64,000 nucleotides of DNA from an uncultured Kiritimatiellota bacterium (lineage in GTDB: Bacteria; Verrucomicrobiota; Kiritimatiellia; RFP12; DVOR01): assembly GCA_944391055.1 (NCBI GenBank), contig CALXSF010000004.1, positions 16,481-80,480 of the forward strand. The letters run 5' to 3'. Below are positions 11,001 through 20,777 of this stretch, piece after piece (the first letter of the stretch is position 1; the number at the start of each line of letters is the position of its first letter). The position numbers and the translations under genes were made by a program. The notes below the pieces were generated by a model. That model was given only the letters and a program-made list of their open reading frames with translations. It searched no databases and was not told where the DNA came from.

Positions 11001-11429
11001 AAGCGCGGCGCCTGGGCCGAGCTCGACTTCGAGGGCGCCGGCATCCGCCTCATCGGCGCCAAACAGGCCAACGTCGGCCTCATGCGCCTCATCCTCGACG
11101 GCAAGGAAATCGCTCTCGTCGACACCCACAGCGACCTCGGCAACGACCTCAAGCAATCCGTCATCCACACCGTCTCCGGCCTTCCCCCCGGCAAGCACAC
11201 CCTCCGCGTCGAGACCGCCGGCGGCCATGCCGACTGCGTCGTCCTCGACGCCTTTGAGATCCTCCCCGCCGAAGGCCCCCGCGTCACCGCCCGCCTCGTC
11301 GTCAACGACGGCTGGTGGTATCCCGCCCTCGCCTGGGGCAACTACTGCGGCCGCCGCCCCGCCTTCGCCAAAGGCGCCTCCGGGCAAACCCGCCTCGCCC
11401 CCATCGCCCCCAGCCCCGCCCAAGAGTGA
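8019..11429 (+). CDS. GH2 family glycoside hydrolase (beta-galactosidase-like) with a C-terminal CBM-like insert
   Basis: Signal peptide MKTLHTLCLALAAPAALA; LRFDGVYS, LRGTCRHD, FIRTSHYP, WSIANES, DEYAH; insert IDDRDPRV...AELDFEGAGIRLIG...GKHTLRVE. Confidence 0.85.
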   Translation: MKTLHTLCLALAAPAALAAPVWPEIQLPPAPTQLPGVAQPELSLNETSGDGTWSFLLDVPDFRASGIPRPDAGWQDFDFAAWAGRDWRPVKVPGELAMQGFDIKNNEEYYYRRQVTVPADWAGRRILLRFDGVYSNARVWVGSRHVRNHVGGFTTWDCDLTELVRPGEPFTLTVGVADLQAKDVGLWNPEGKPVKNPSNASEYAHHNIGGILRDVALVALPQTHLADIELETDLDAAFRDATLTVRAALNPTAPKATLRLEVLDGDALLASAQTDLDGAAPATLALPVKAPRLWDAEHPHLHTLRATLAQDGQTLQVNELPFGFREITFAGRDGTDANKIYVNGRPVRLRGTCRHDVSPTLGRSMTRAEAFAEARAYKEANINFIRTSHYPASEHLLDACDCLGIYVEQEAAVCFQGPWAPVDSVYDDYAAQFVEMVERDRNRPSIILWSIANESHYANVGKKLTRNPFLDARDYLRAHEPTRPVLFSWPNTGSPKGFFDVYSEHYANVMGHMGRKDMPRLHDEYAHIPCYNLAELRRDPNVRNFWGESVWHAWNHIVRDDGALGGALWGGIDDVFYLPANVPERHLRHSDGPVAGYGEWGSVLDAYHRPKPEAWLTKKAYSPVRLDERAATLKDGTLTLPAENRFDHTDLRELTVEVAADGDAPRRLPCPALAPRAKGLLTFQGLPAAKALNLRFRTPDGIVVEEINLAFAPTPVEAIPPEPERPPTVVEGDGTLTVRMAKGEATFDHASARLRAFVWDGKTLLTGGPDLVATGVPLGAWQGRALTAKVEGNRAHVVLEGAYACGLEVRFDLAFLDDGRLDARYTLLSDPPKNANPSEVGLAWRLPGADAVRWERAAFHSAYPADHIGRASGFAPRLRPGCAEAPDRYGVRPAWPWKDDMRNAFVFAADDPNDGLATNDFKAMREAIRTYDVLLPGGGALRVRSDGRSQAARVSVAAERTLIDDRDPRVRLSPDGWAHYASGADHAGTETYSTKRGAWAELDFEGAGIRLIGAKQANVGLMRLILDGKEIALVDTHSDLGNDLKQSVIHTVSGLPPGKHTLRVETAGGHADCVVLDAFEILPAEGPRVTARLVVNDGWWYPALAWGNYCGRRPAFAKGASGQTRLAPIAPSPAQE

Positions 11430-11458
11430 GGATCGCGCCCTTCGCCCGCAAAAAGGGT

Positions 11459-11487
11459 TTGCGAGCGAAGGCGGATTGTGGTATGCT
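11459..11487 (+). promoter_or_regulatory. Sigma70-type promoter of the leu leader/leuA
   Basis: TTGCGA (11459-11464), 17 bp, TATGCT (11482-11487), with extended -10 TG. Confidence 0.65.
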
Positions 11488-11497
11488 TGGGGCCATC

Positions 11498-11584
11498 ATG
11501 AAACGTTGGGACGCGCGACTGCTTCGACTTAGCCTCCTGCCGCTGTTGGGCGGCGGGACGCGGTTGGCCGTCGGCGCGGAGTGA
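11498..11584 (+). CDS. Leucine-rich leader peptide (LeuL-like), 28 aa
   Basis: ATG...TGA = MKRWDARLLRLSLLPLLGGGTRLAVGAE; 7 Leu within 10 codons; sits directly upstream of a terminator hairpin and leuA. Confidence 0.72.
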   Translation: MKRWDARLLRLSLLPLLGGGTRLAVGAE

Positions 11585-11611
11585 GACCTCGGCGCGACAT
11601 GACGAGACAAA

Positions 11612-11655
11612 AATGGCCTCCGCGGGTTGGTTTGACGGCGGAGGCCATTGTTTTG
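11612..11655 (+). terminator. Attenuator terminator hairpin upstream of leuA
   Basis: AATGGCCTCCGC (11612-11623) / GCGGAGGCCATT (11638-11649) followed by GTTTT; CGCGGAG at 11575-11581 can alternatively pair with CTCCGCG at 11618-11624. Confidence 0.7.
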
Positions 11656-11705
11656 CCGGATCAGGCCCTTCCCGACGGGACCGAAGCGAAGAACAGGAAG
11701 CACAG

Positions 11706-13286
11706 ATGAGCACACGCAAGATCGCAATCTTCGACACAACGCTGCGCGACGGCGAGCAAAGCCCCGGCTGCAGCATGAAACTGCATGACAAACTGCTGGT
11801 GGCCGGCAACCTGGAGGCGCTGAAGGTGGACGTGATCGAGGCGGGCTTCGCCATCGCCTCGCCGGGCGACTTCGAGAGCGTCCAGGCCATCGCCAACCAT
11901 GTGAAGGATTGCACGGTGGCCTCGCTGGCGCGCTGCCTGAAGGGCGACATCGACCAAGCCTGGGCGGCGGTCAGGGGCGCGGCGCGCCCGCGCATCCACG
12001 TCTTCCTGGCGACCAGCCCCGTCCACATGGAGTACAAGCTGAGGATGACGCCGGAGCAGGTGCTCCAGCAGGCGACGACGATGGTGGCCTACGCGCGCAG
12101 CCTCTGCCCCGAGGTCCAGTTCTCGCTGGAGGATTACACGCGCACCGACGAGGAGTTCTCCTGGCGGGTAATCGAGGGCGTCATCAAGGCCGGCGCGGCG
12201 GTGGTGAACCTGCCCGACACGGTGGGCTACGCGATCCCCGACGAGTTCGGCAAGCGCATCGCGCGCGTGCTCGAGCACGTGCCCAACGCGGGCCAAGCGA
12301 CGCTGGCGGTGCACTGCCACAACGACCTCGGGTTGGCGGTCGCCAACACCTTGGCCGCCCTCCGCAACGGCGCGGGCCAGGCGGAATGCACCATCAACGG
12401 CATCGGCGAGCGCGCGGGCAACGCGGCGCTCGAGGAGATCGTCATGGCGCTGAAGACGCGGCATGACGTCTTCGCCGGCCTGGAGTGCGGCGTGGACACC
12501 ACCAAGATCATGGCCACCAGCCGCTGCGTCTGCTCGGTGACGGGCAGCCGCGTGCAGGCCAACAAGGCCATCGTCGGGCAGAACGCCTTCGCGCACGAGT
12601 CGGGCATCCACCAGCACGGGATGCTCGCCAACCGCGAGACCTACGAGATCATGACCCCGGAATCCATCGGCCTGACCCAAAGCCAGATGGTGCTGGGCAA
12701 GCACTCCGGCAAGCACGCGCTCAAGGATCGCCTGACCCAGCTGGGCATCGCCCTCAACGACGACCAGCTGCAGGAGCTCTTCGCGCGCTTCAAGGATTTG
12801 GCCGACGCCAAGAAGGTGGTGACCGACGCGGACATCGAGGCCCTCGCGCGCGGCCTTGAGATGCGCAACGACGGCCAGCAGAAGCTCGTCTTCGACCGCT
12901 TCCTCGCCGCCACTGGCAACACCAACGCCAACGTCTCCACCGTCCGCCTCAAGGTCGACGGCCAGACCGTCGAGGAGGTGGCGATGGGCAGCGGCCCGAT
13001 CGAGGCTTCCTTCAACGCCATCAACAAGATGCTCAACCTGCACGTGACGGTCGAGAACTTCGCCGTCTCGGCCGTCACCGCCAACGTGGACGCCCAGGGC
13101 GAGTGCGAGCTGCGCGTGCGCCACAACCAAAAGGTCTACCTTGGCCGCGGCGTGGCGCAGGACATCATCGAGGCCGCCATCCGCGCCTACGTCCATGCCC
13201 TCAACGGCCTGCTCGAGGACGAGCAGCGCATGACGGCCAACGCCGCCGCGCTGGCCGCCGCGGGCGTCGGCGGCGGTTTGGCGTGA
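11706..13286 (+). CDS. leuA: 2-isopropylmalate synthase
   Basis: IFDTTLRDGEQSPG, HCHNDLGLAVAN, GERAGNA, AHESGIHQHG, LGKHSGKH; C-terminal regulatory domain present. Confidence 0.93.
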   Translation: MSTRKIAIFDTTLRDGEQSPGCSMKLHDKLLVAGNLEALKVDVIEAGFAIASPGDFESVQAIANHVKDCTVASLARCLKGDIDQAWAAVRGAARPRIHVFLATSPVHMEYKLRMTPEQVLQQATTMVAYARSLCPEVQFSLEDYTRTDEEFSWRVIEGVIKAGAAVVNLPDTVGYAIPDEFGKRIARVLEHVPNAGQATLAVHCHNDLGLAVANTLAALRNGAGQAECTINGIGERAGNAALEEIVMALKTRHDVFAGLECGVDTTKIMATSRCVCSVTGSRVQANKAIVGQNAFAHESGIHQHGMLANRETYEIMTPESIGLTQSQMVLGKHSGKHALKDRLTQLGIALNDDQLQELFARFKDLADAKKVVTDADIEALARGLEMRNDGQQKLVFDRFLAATGNTNANVSTVRLKVDGQTVEEVAMGSGPIEASFNAINKMLNLHVTVENFAVSAVTANVDAQGECELRVRHNQKVYLGRGVAQDIIEAAIRAYVHALNGLLEDEQRMTANAAALAAAGVGGGLA

Positions 13287-13291
13287 CCGCC

Positions 13292-13855
13292 ATGGACATC
13301 GCCACCTTGGATCCGCGCGCGCTGCGGTTGGGCCAGGCCCTCACGTTGGAGGGGCTGGCCCACACCGGGCGCGACCGTCTGCACAAATACCTGCACGAGG
13401 GCGGGGCCTTGCCGCCGGGCGTGGATTTGCGCACCTCGGCGCTTTACCATTGCGGCCCCGTGATGGTGCCCGACGGCGAGGGGGGCTGGCGCATGGTCGC
13501 CGGCGGCCCGACCACGTCCTCGCGCGAGGAACCTTATGAGGCGGAGGTCATCGCCCGCTTCGGACTGCGCGTCATCATCGGCAAAGGCGGCATGGGGCCG
13601 AAGACCCTCGCCGCCTGCCGGGAGCATGGCTGCGTCTATCTTCAGGCCGTCGGCGGCGCGGCGGCTTCGATCGCCGCCGCGGTCGAGCGCGTGGAGGGCG
13701 TGGATTTCCTGGACGCTTTCGGGCCCGCCGAGGCGATGTGGCATCTGCGCGTGCGCGCCTTCCCGGCGACGGTGGCGATGGACGCGCACGGCAACAGCCT
13801 TTACGCGCAGGTGGCCGCGCGCACGGAGGCGCGGCTGCGGACGCTTCTGGCGTGA
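13292..13855 (+). CDS. Fe-S hydro-lyase (class I fumarate hydratase/tartrate dehydratase) beta subunit
   Basis: GRDRLHK, LYHCGPV, GPTTSSRE, IIGKGGMG, VAMDAHGNSLY. Confidence 0.88.
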   Translation: MDIATLDPRALRLGQALTLEGLAHTGRDRLHKYLHEGGALPPGVDLRTSALYHCGPVMVPDGEGGWRMVAGGPTTSSREEPYEAEVIARFGLRVIIGKGGMGPKTLAACREHGCVYLQAVGGAAASIAAAVERVEGVDFLDAFGPAEAMWHLRVRAFPATVAMDAHGNSLYAQVAARTEARLRTLLA

Positions 13856-13875
13856 TCGCCGAGCCGTGCGCGACG

Positions 13876-13916
13876 AAAAAGCGCCCCCGGACTGCGAGGT
13901 CCGGGGGCGCTTTTTT
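13876..13916. terminator. Bidirectional intrinsic terminator
   Basis: AAAAAGCGCCCCCGGAC-loop-GTCCGGGGGCGCTTTTTT between convergent genes. Confidence 0.85.
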
Positions 13917-13928
13917 GCAAAGGGACAG

Positions 13929-14900
13929 TCAGGGCTTGAGGTTTTCCCGATAAAAGGCCGCGATGCGCTCGAACGGGATGCGGTCAAGGCGATCGTAGAG
14001 GTCGGTGTGGGTGGCGCCGGGGACAAGGAGCAACTCCTTGTTGTCGCCCTTGAGCTTGGCGAAGGCGTCCTTACCGAAATAGCAGGAATGGGCCTTGTCG
14101 CCATGGACGATGAGGACGGCGGAGCGGATCTCATCGGCGCGTTCGAGAATGGTCTGATTCAGGAAGGCGATGGACGAGGTGACGTTCCACCCTCCGTTGG
14201 AGTTGAGGGAGCGGGGGTGATAGCCGCGTTTGGTCTTGTAATAGGCGAAGTAGTCCTTGACGAACCCGGGCGCGTCATCCGGGAGGACGTCGGGCAGGCC
14301 GCCGGCACGGGCATAGGAGCCGGAGCGGAAATCCTCCGAGCGTTGGGCGCTGAGCGCGGCACGTTTGGCGTGGCGGGCGTCGGCGGAGGCCTCGGCGTCG
14401 AAATAACCGTTCGCGGTGACCCGGCACATGTCGTACATCGTCGCGGCGACGGTGGCCTTGATCCGGGTGTCGGCGATGGCGGCGTTGAGCGCCAAGCCGC
14501 CCCACCCGCAAATGCCGAGAATTCCGATGCGCTCCGGATCGGCGGCGGGATTGACGGAAAGGAAGTCCACGGCCGCCGAGAAGTCCTCGGTGTTGATGTC
14601 GGGCGAGGCGACATTACGGGGCTGGCCGCCGCTCTCGCCGGTGAAGGAGGGGTCGAAGGCCAAGGTCAGGAACCCGCGTTCGGCCAACTGCTGCGCGTAG
14701 AGGCCGGCGGCTTGCTCCTTGACGGCGCCGAAGGGGCCGCTGACGGCGATGGCGGGCAATGGCCCGCCCATGCCTTTCGGCGCGTAGAGATCCGCGGCCA
14801 ACAGAATGCCAAACCGATTGGGGATGGCGACTTTGCGGTGATCGACACGGTCGCTTTTGGGAAACGTTTTGTCCCAATCCTGGGTGAAGGACAACGGCAT
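13929..14900 (-). CDS. Alpha/beta hydrolase (COG1073/YcjY-like)
   Basis: WDKTFPKSD, GPFGAVKEQ, FDPSFTGESGG, GICGWGG, HTDLYD. Confidence 0.85.
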   Translation of the reverse strand: MPLSFTQDWDKTFPKSDRVDHRKVAIPNRFGILLAADLYAPKGMGGPLPAIAVSGPFGAVKEQAAGLYAQQLAERGFLTLAFDPSFTGESGGQPRNVASPDINTEDFSAAVDFLSVNPAADPERIGILGICGWGGLALNAAIADTRIKATVAATMYDMCRVTANGYFDAEASADARHAKRAALSAQRSEDFRSGSYARAGGLPDVLPDDAPGFVKDYFAYYKTKRGYHPRSLNSNGGWNVTSSIAFLNQTILERADEIRSAVLIVHGDKAHSCYFGKDAFAKLKGDNKELLLVPGATHTDLYDRLDRIPFERIAAFYRENLKP

Positions 14901-14994
14901 GGTCTTGCTCCTTGTGCTGGATGAAAGAAAAGGGAAGTGTATACCCTTGTGTGGACTCCAAGTCAAGCGGAAACCGACGGCCCTGGGACGGCAC

Positions 14995-15021
14995 AAAAAA
15001 GCCCCGCCACAGGGCGGGGCT
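14995..15021 (-). terminator. Intrinsic terminator after the hydrogenase operon
   Basis: Plus-strand AAAAAAGCCCCGCC-ACAG-GGCGGGGCT gives a hairpin plus U6 on the minus strand, just downstream of hydA. Confidence 0.8.
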
Positions 15022-15048
15022 GACACGGCGTTTCGCGCGCACCGCGCA

Positions 15049-16803
15049 TCAGGCGGTGTAAAGTGGCTTGGCGGTGTAATGGGTGTGAAGGAGGTGGTGC
15101 GCCTTCTCGCCGCAGGGGGCGCCGAGGAAGTCGGCGTAGAGTTTCTGGATCTGCGGGTTCTGGTGGGAGCAACGGCGGGCGGCCTCCCGGTCGTCTTTGT
15201 AGAGCCCCTCCATGCGGGCCTTGCGCACCTCGTCGGTGGCCAGGGTCGGCTGACCGCCGCCGCCGACGCAGCCTCCGCGGCAGGCCATGACCTCGATGAA
15301 CTGCCAACGGGGCGGCCGGCCGGCCTTGCGATCCTCGCGGATGGCGTCGAGCACCTGCTCGACGTTGCCCATCTGGTGGGCGACCGCGATGGAGACCTTG
15401 GTGCCTTTGATGTCGATGACGGCTTCCTTGACCCCCTTCAGGCCGCGCACCTGGGTGAAGTTCACGTCGGCCAGCTCTTCCTTGGTGATAAGGAAATACG
15501 CGGTGCGGAGCGCCGCCTCCATGACGCCGCCGGTGGCGCCGAACAAGGTGCCGGCGCCGGTGTACTCGCCAAGGATGGAATCGGCCTCGCTCTCGGGGAG
15601 GTTCGCGAAATCAAGCCCCGCGATCTTGATCATCCGGGCAAGCTCGCGCGTGGTGAGCACGACGTCGACGTCCTGATAGTTGGAGGCGTGCATCTCCTCG
15701 GAACGCGTGATCTCGTATTTCTTCGCCGTGCAGGGCATGATGGACGTGAGGTGGATGCGGGCGGGATCGAGCCCCATCTTCTCGGCGAAGTAGGTTTTGG
15801 CCATGACGCCAAGCATTTGCTGCGGGCTCTTGGCGGTGGAGAAGTTGGGGATGAAGTCCGCGGCGTACTTCTCCATCCAATCCGTCCACGACGGACAGCA
15901 CGAGGTGATGAGCGGCAGCTCACCGCCCTGCGTGAAGCGCTGGACGAACTCGGTGCCTTCCTCCATGATGGTGAGGTCGGCGGAGAAGTTGGTGTCGAAG
16001 ACCGCCTGGAACCCGAGGCGGCGGAGCGCGGTGTAGATTTTGCCGGTGGCAAGCTCGCCCGGCTTCATGCCGAACGCCTCGCCCAGCGCGACGCGGACCG
16101 CGGGGGCGATCTGCACGGCGGTGAAGCGCTGCGTGTCGCGCAGGGCGGCCCAGACCTTGGCGGTCTCGTCGCGTTCGTAGATGGCGCCCACAGGGCAATG
16201 GGCCGAGCATTGCCCGCATTTGATGCAGGGCGAATCGTTGAGGCTCACGCCGGCGGCGGGGGCGATCCGCATCCGTTCACCCCGGCCGATGAATTCAAGG
16301 GCCCAGACGTTCTGCATCTCTTGGCAGACGATGGCGCAGCGCCCGCACTTGATGCACTTGTCCGGGTCGAGGACGATGGAGGGCGTGCTTTCGTCGCGCT
16401 GGATGTGCTCAATGGCCGGGCGCGGGAACGGCGCCTCGCGGATGCCGAAATCGGTGGCCACGCGCTGAAGCTCGCAGACCCCGGAACGGGGGCATTTGAG
16501 GCAGTCCGCCGGATGGGTGCTGAGAATCAATTGGATGACCGTCTTCCGGATCTGCACGATGTCGGGGTCATGCGTGGTGATCTTCATCCCCTCGGCCACC
16601 TCCGTGCAGCAGGCGCGCAGCAGTTTGGGGCTGTTGCCGTTCCGGACGACGCAGATGCCGCAGGCCGCCCAAGCCTTGACGTCGGGGTGATGGCAGAGCG
16701 TGGGGATTTTGACGGCCACCTTCTTGGCCGCCTCGAGGATGGTGGTGCCGGCGGGGACCTCCACCGCGATGCCGTTGATCTCAAGATGAATCAGCTTTTC
16801 CAT
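15049..16803 (-). CDS. hydA: [FeFe]-hydrogenase catalytic subunit (HydA/HndD)
   Basis: H-cluster motifs ITSCCPSW, MPCTAKKYE, EVMACRGGCVGGGGQ; N-terminal 2Fe-2S, His-ligated 4Fe-4S and 2x4Fe-4S motifs. Confidence 0.95.
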   Translation of the reverse strand: MEKLIHLEINGIAVEVPAGTTILEAAKKVAVKIPTLCHHPDVKAWAACGICVVRNGNSPKLLRACCTEVAEGMKITTHDPDIVQIRKTVIQLILSTHPADCLKCPRSGVCELQRVATDFGIREAPFPRPAIEHIQRDESTPSIVLDPDKCIKCGRCAIVCQEMQNVWALEFIGRGERMRIAPAAGVSLNDSPCIKCGQCSAHCPVGAIYERDETAKVWAALRDTQRFTAVQIAPAVRVALGEAFGMKPGELATGKIYTALRRLGFQAVFDTNFSADLTIMEEGTEFVQRFTQGGELPLITSCCPSWTDWMEKYAADFIPNFSTAKSPQQMLGVMAKTYFAEKMGLDPARIHLTSIMPCTAKKYEITRSEEMHASNYQDVDVVLTTRELARMIKIAGLDFANLPESEADSILGEYTGAGTLFGATGGVMEAALRTAYFLITKEELADVNFTQVRGLKGVKEAVIDIKGTKVSIAVAHQMGNVEQVLDAIREDRKAGRPPRWQFIEVMACRGGCVGGGGQPTLATDEVRKARMEGLYKDDREAARRCSHQNPQIQKLYADFLGAPCGEKAHHLLHTHYTAKPLYTA

Positions 16804-16813
16804 GGCGCTCTCC

Positions 16814-18673
<1,860 letters not shown>

Positions 18674-18687
18674 GTGGCACCTCTCTC

Positions 18688-19167
18688 TCAATGCTTCGCG
18701 CGGAACTTGTCCAAAATCCCCGGCAGCGCCGCTTTCGTCACCTTCCCGAAGACCTCGCCGTTGATGACGATGACCGGCGCCAAGCCGCAGCACCCCAAGC
18801 AACGCACCGCCTCGGTCGAGAACTCGCCGTCGGGCGTCACCGTGTTCACGCCCACGCCAAGCTCCTGCTCAAGCGCCTTCATGATGTCGTCGCCGCCCTT
18901 CAGGTAGCACGCCGTCCCGAGGCAGACCTGGATGAGGTTGCGCCCCGGCTGCTTCAGCTTGAAGAAGTTGTAGAAGGTGATGACGCCGTAAATCTTCGCC
19001 AACGGCACCTCCAGCAGATCCGCCAACTCCAGCACGATCTCGCGCGGCATATACCCATAAGTCTGCTGCACGCGATGCAAAACCATGATCAGATTGCCGG
19101 GTTTTGGCTTCCACTCCTCGATGAAAGCGCGCAACTCCGGCGTCAACGTCTTCTTGTCCTGTGCCAT
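18688..19167 (-). CDS. hydC: NuoE-like 2Fe-2S subunit (HydC/HndA)
   Basis: VCLGTACYLKG and VRCLGCCGLAPV. Confidence 0.93.
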   Translation of the reverse strand: MAQDKKTLTPELRAFIEEWKPKPGNLIMVLHRVQQTYGYMPREIVLELADLLEVPLAKIYGVITFYNFFKLKQPGRNLIQVCLGTACYLKGGDDIMKALEQELGVGVNTVTPDGEFSTEAVRCLGCCGLAPVIVINGEVFGKVTKAALPGILDKFRAKH

Positions 19168-19224
19168 AAGGTTCTCTCCTTTGTCGGCGGCGATGGGGCC
19201 CGCGGCCCAACATCAATCTGCCTC

Positions 19225-19253
19225 AGTATCGCAAACGCGCAAACCCCCGTCAA
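19225..19253 (-). promoter_or_regulatory. Putative sigma70 promoter of hydCBA
   Basis: Minus strand TTGACG, 17 bp, GATACT. Confidence 0.5.
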
Positions 19254-19320
19254 GCACAAAGCGCCGCACGTCATGAATTAGTGAAGGCAAATATTGGGCG
19301 CTCGTCGCTTTCATAACCCT

Positions 19321-20241
19321 TCACGGATGCGGCAACAGCCGCGCTTTGACCAACCAACGATGGCAATGCGAGCCTACCGCGGCCAACCCATCCGGCAAAT
19401 AACGGAATCCCCACCGGCTGAAAGGCAGATACCATCGCCCATGCCCGTTGCGCAGGAAGGCGACGCACTGGCAATGCGAAAAGCGCGCCTGCCCAGTCTC
19501 CTCCAGCCACCGCCAATAGGTGCCGACCAGAAACTCCGTGATGAACCCGGGCTCCCGCCATGAGACCTTGGCCCCCGGGTCACGCAGCCACGCCTCGGAC
19601 AGAGAAAGGGAAATGGGCAGGAGCGTCGCGCACATCCGCTCGAAAAGCGCCGTGCGCGCCACGAACGTGTTGTAGGGATAGAACCGATCGCCATGCCGAA
19701 ACATCGCCTCATAAAAATCCGCGCACGCCGGCGCCATCTCCCGCACCAGCCCGAGCGCATGGGCGATCCAGCGCTCGGAGGCGAAGCGATTGTCCAACAT
19801 GGCCTGCGCGAGCCCGCCTCGTGCATGAATCCAGCCGCTCACGGGCAAAATCCCATCCGTCCCCTCGCCCTCCAAGACCGCGGCCGCGTCCGCCTCGGAA
19901 CAGGGGAGGCGCGGCAGAAGCGCCTGCAACGACGGTTTCAGGAAGACGCCTCCCAACCGCGACGACACCTTCCCGCGCCTGTCGGGCAGGGGGCGGAAAA
20001 GGAGGAAGCGACGGTAATGGCACAGCCCCACGAAGTCCGCCCGACGCACCTCCGGGTGACGCCAAAGCCACCAAAGCGCGGTGCTTTCGTTGAGGTGAGG
20101 ATTGTGGGCGGCGATGTTCTCGCCCACGTCGTCATGCAAAATCCCGGGCTGACGGTTTTGTCCGACGCCGACGGTCGTGAGCCCAAGCGGGTTGATCGCC
20201 CCGTCGGGGCGGTGATCGACACAGAAGAGACGCAAACGCAT
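19321..20241 (-). CDS. DUF4422-domain polysaccharide biosynthesis protein (putative glycosyltransferase)
   Basis: DDVGENIAAHNPHLNESTALWWLW...FVGLCHYRRF, YNTFV, REPGFITE. Confidence 0.8.
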   Translation of the reverse strand: MRLRLFCVDHRPDGAINPLGLTTVGVGQNRQPGILHDDVGENIAAHNPHLNESTALWWLWRHPEVRRADFVGLCHYRRFLLFRPLPDRRGKVSSRLGGVFLKPSLQALLPRLPCSEADAAAVLEGEGTDGILPVSGWIHARGGLAQAMLDNRFASERWIAHALGLVREMAPACADFYEAMFRHGDRFYPYNTFVARTALFERMCATLLPISLSLSEAWLRDPGAKVSWREPGFITEFLVGTYWRWLEETGQARFSHCQCVAFLRNGHGRWYLPFSRWGFRYLPDGLAAVGSHCHRWLVKARLLPHP

Positions 20242-20249
20242 GGGACCTC

Positions 20250-20777
20250 TCACTCCTTTCCGATGACACGCTGGCGGACGACGCGCGCGGGGTTCCCCAC
20301 GACGATGACAAAGGCTGACACGGGGCGGGCTACGACCGCGCCAAGGCCGACGACCGCCCCGTCGCCGAGGGTGACGCCGGGGAGGATCGCCGCGCGGGCG
20401 GCGACCCAGCAGCCGTTGCCGATGACGATGGGCGCGGCGGTCGGCGCCATCACCGGCGAGGCGACGTCGTGCGAGGCCGTGCACAGATACGCGCCTTGCG
20501 AAATCACCGTGTTGTCGCCGAGGGCGATGGGAGCCTTGCAGTAAAGTTCCACGCCGGGGCCGACGCAGGAGAGATTGCCCACGCGCAGGTTCCAGGGCGC
20601 GTAGACACGTACGGAACGGTAGATCAGGCTCCGCCCGACGGCCGCGCCGAAGGCCCGCAAAAGCAGGTTGCGTCCGCCGGCGGGCAGCAGCGGGAAGAGC
20701 GTGGCGTTGAGCGCGCGCCAAAGCAGCAGGCGCAGGCGGCGCGGTTTCGCCTCACGGTAACGGCCCAGATCAATCAT
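20250..20777 (-). CDS. WcaF-like hexapeptide-repeat O-acetyltransferase
   Basis: LLRAFGA, YAPWNLRVG, SQGAYLCTASHD, LPGVTLGDGAVVG, GNPA. Confidence 0.88.
   Translation of the reverse strand: MIDLGRYREAKPRRLRLLLWRALNATLFPLLPAGGRNLLLRAFGAAVGRSLIYRSVRVYAPWNLRVGNLSCVGPGVELYCKAPIALGDNTVISQGAYLCTASHDVASPVMAPTAAPIVIGNGCWVAARAAILPGVTLGDGAVVGLGAVVARPVSAFVIVVGNPARVVRQRVIGKE

Noticed and set aside
875-11423. Very long antisense ORFs (875-5668, 5371-8037, 7812-11423, and similar ones opposite hydAB, the SSS gene, the SGNH gene and rpoN)
   Set aside because: Shadow frames caused by high GC3 codon bias; the opposite strand carries clear family motifs and these translations have none.
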